From: Bacteroidales bacterium
GTDB taxonomy: Bacteria > Bacteroidota > Bacteroidia > Bacteroidales > UBA3663
Assembly: GCA_017561935.1 (NCBI GenBank)
Contig: JAFZBE010000067.1
Coordinates: 2,752 to 66,751, forward strand
Reading direction: 5' to 3'
Length of the DNA: 64,000 nt
Shown: one piece after another, positions 63,091 through 64,000 of the stretch
Layout: each line of letters opens with the position of its first letter
How positions within the stretch are numbered: position 1 is the first letter of the stretch
The notes under the pieces: model-generated
Told to the model about the DNA's origin: nothing
What the model saw: only the letters and a program-made list of their open reading frames with translations
Databases searched by the model: none
Made by a program: the position numbers and the translations under genes

Positions 63091-64000
63091 TTACTTGAGG
63101 TCCTCAACAGCGGCCTGCGCGGCAGCCAGACGTGCGATAGGCACGCGGAATGGTGAGCAGGAGACGTAGTTGAGACCTACGCGATGGCAGAACTTGACTG
63201 ACGATGGCTCGCCGCCATGCTCGCCGCAGATACCGCACTTGAGATCGGGACGTACCGAACGGCCCTTCTGTACAGCCATCTGGATGAGCTGACCAACACC
63301 CTTCTGGTCGAGTACCTGGAATGGATCGACCTTGAGGATCTTCTTATCCAGATAAACTGGGAGGAAGCTGGCAATATCGTCGCGAGAATAACCGAAGGTC
63401 ATCTGAGTAAGGTCGTTGGTACCGAACGAGAAGTACTCGGCACGGGCAGCTACTGCATCGGCAGTTAGGGCAGCACGTGGAACCTCGATCATCGTACCCA
63501 CCTTGAACTCGAATGGCTCAACACCTTCAGCCTTGAAGAGCTCGGCTGCAGTCTTGCGGATGACAGCTTCCTGCTGGTCGAACTCGTGGTGCTTGCCGAC
63601 GAGTGGAACCATGATTTCGGGATGCGGGTCGTGACCTTCGCGACGGAGCTGGATAGCGGCGCCGAGGATGGCCTTGGTCTGCATCTCGGTGATTTCGGGA
63701 TAGGTATTGCCCAGACGGCAGCCACGGTGACCAAGCATCGGGTTGTTCTCAGAGAGTGATGCTACACGACCCTGGATATACTCGAGGCTTACACCCATGG
63801 CTTCGGCCATCTCTTCCTGACCCTTGAGGTCATGAGGTACGAACTCGTGAAGCGGTGGGTCGAGCAGACGGATGTTGACCGGAAGTCCGTCCATAGCGAG
63901 GAGGATGCCGTAGAAGTCCTTGGTCTGATAGGGCAGCAGCTTGTTGAGTGCCTTCTCACGACCAGCCTTGTCCTCAGCAAGAATCATCTCGCGCATGGCC
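63091..64000 (-). CDS. ppdK: Pyruvate, phosphate dikinase, C-terminal PEP-utilising domain (5' part outside the window)
   Basis: ...[17 protein letters not shown]..., [20 protein letters not shown] and [42 protein letters not shown]. The ORF stays open to the right edge. Confidence 0.93.
   Translation of the reverse strand, partial: AMREMILAEDKAGREKALNKLLPYQTKDFYGILLAMDGLPVNIRLLDPPLHEFVPHDLKGQEEMAEAMGVSLEYIQGRVASLSENNPMLGHRGCRLGNTYPEITEMQTKAILGAAIQLRREGHDPHPEIMVPLVGKHHEFDQQEAVIRKTAAELFKAEGVEPFEFKVGTMIEVPRAALTADAVAARAEYFSFGTNDLTQMTFGYSRDDIASFLPVYLDKKILKVDPFQVLDQKGVGQLIQMAVQKGRSVRPDLKCGICGEHGGEPSSVKFCHRVGLNYVSCSPFRVPIARLAAAQAAVEDLK

Overview
The window looks like a chromosomal segment of a Prevotella/Segatella-like member of Bacteroidota. 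Support: TAnnTTTG (-7 box) promoters upstream of most operons, a SusC/SusD pair, many lipoprotein signals ending in Cys, and roughly 50% GC by eye.

I can support about 46 protein-coding genes, one tRNA-Thr(CGU), and several intrinsic terminators and promoter boxes. I saw no rRNA, CRISPR array, IS element, integrase or phage genes.

Gene content, left to right:
- A polysaccharide utilisation locus (PUL): a divergent propeller-type sensor gene cut by the left edge and absent from the ORF track, then susC, susD, a GH144-like gene and a GH3 gene.
- An outer-membrane barrel protein, a cyclophilin, purM, an FAD oxidoreductase, radA, and a LiaF-like/LytTR pair.
- An SDR, then GH43 with a sodium:solute symporter, tRNA-Thr and rpsP.
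- A polyamine pair (nspC and speA) with a DPP-IV-like peptidase.
- A HisC-like aminotransferase / LicC-like nucleotidyltransferase / LicD cassette, then desulfoferrodoxin.
- A WYL regulator co-oriented with GH43 and a GH9-like hydrolase.
- A 15-kb co-directional housekeeping run: dapB, lepB, wbqC-like, dxs, trkA, trkH, ftsK, an outer-membrane protein, an acyltransferase, guaB and a second cyclophilin.
- A small accessory-looking group (DUF2851, GNAT, DUF3267, AraC, a membrane ferredoxin, GNAT) and the 3' part of ppdK.

The most unusual content is repeat DNA, not a gene cassette:
1. A dispersed family of 9-bp-period mini-arrays (consensus GGTTYGARG) occurs at four clear loci, with up to three diverged relatives. 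It sits in frame inside purM and the symporter. It also forms Gly-X-Y tails on an outer-membrane protein and on the WbqC-like protein.
2. A 9 x 42-bp tandem array lies just downstream of the DUF2851 gene. Each unit holds a 9-bp inverted repeat and an alternating purine-pyrimidine tract. Unit-to-unit variation is almost entirely transitions in CpG context, and much of it is synonymous in one reading frame.

All family assignments are from reading the translations and from memory. No database searches were run.
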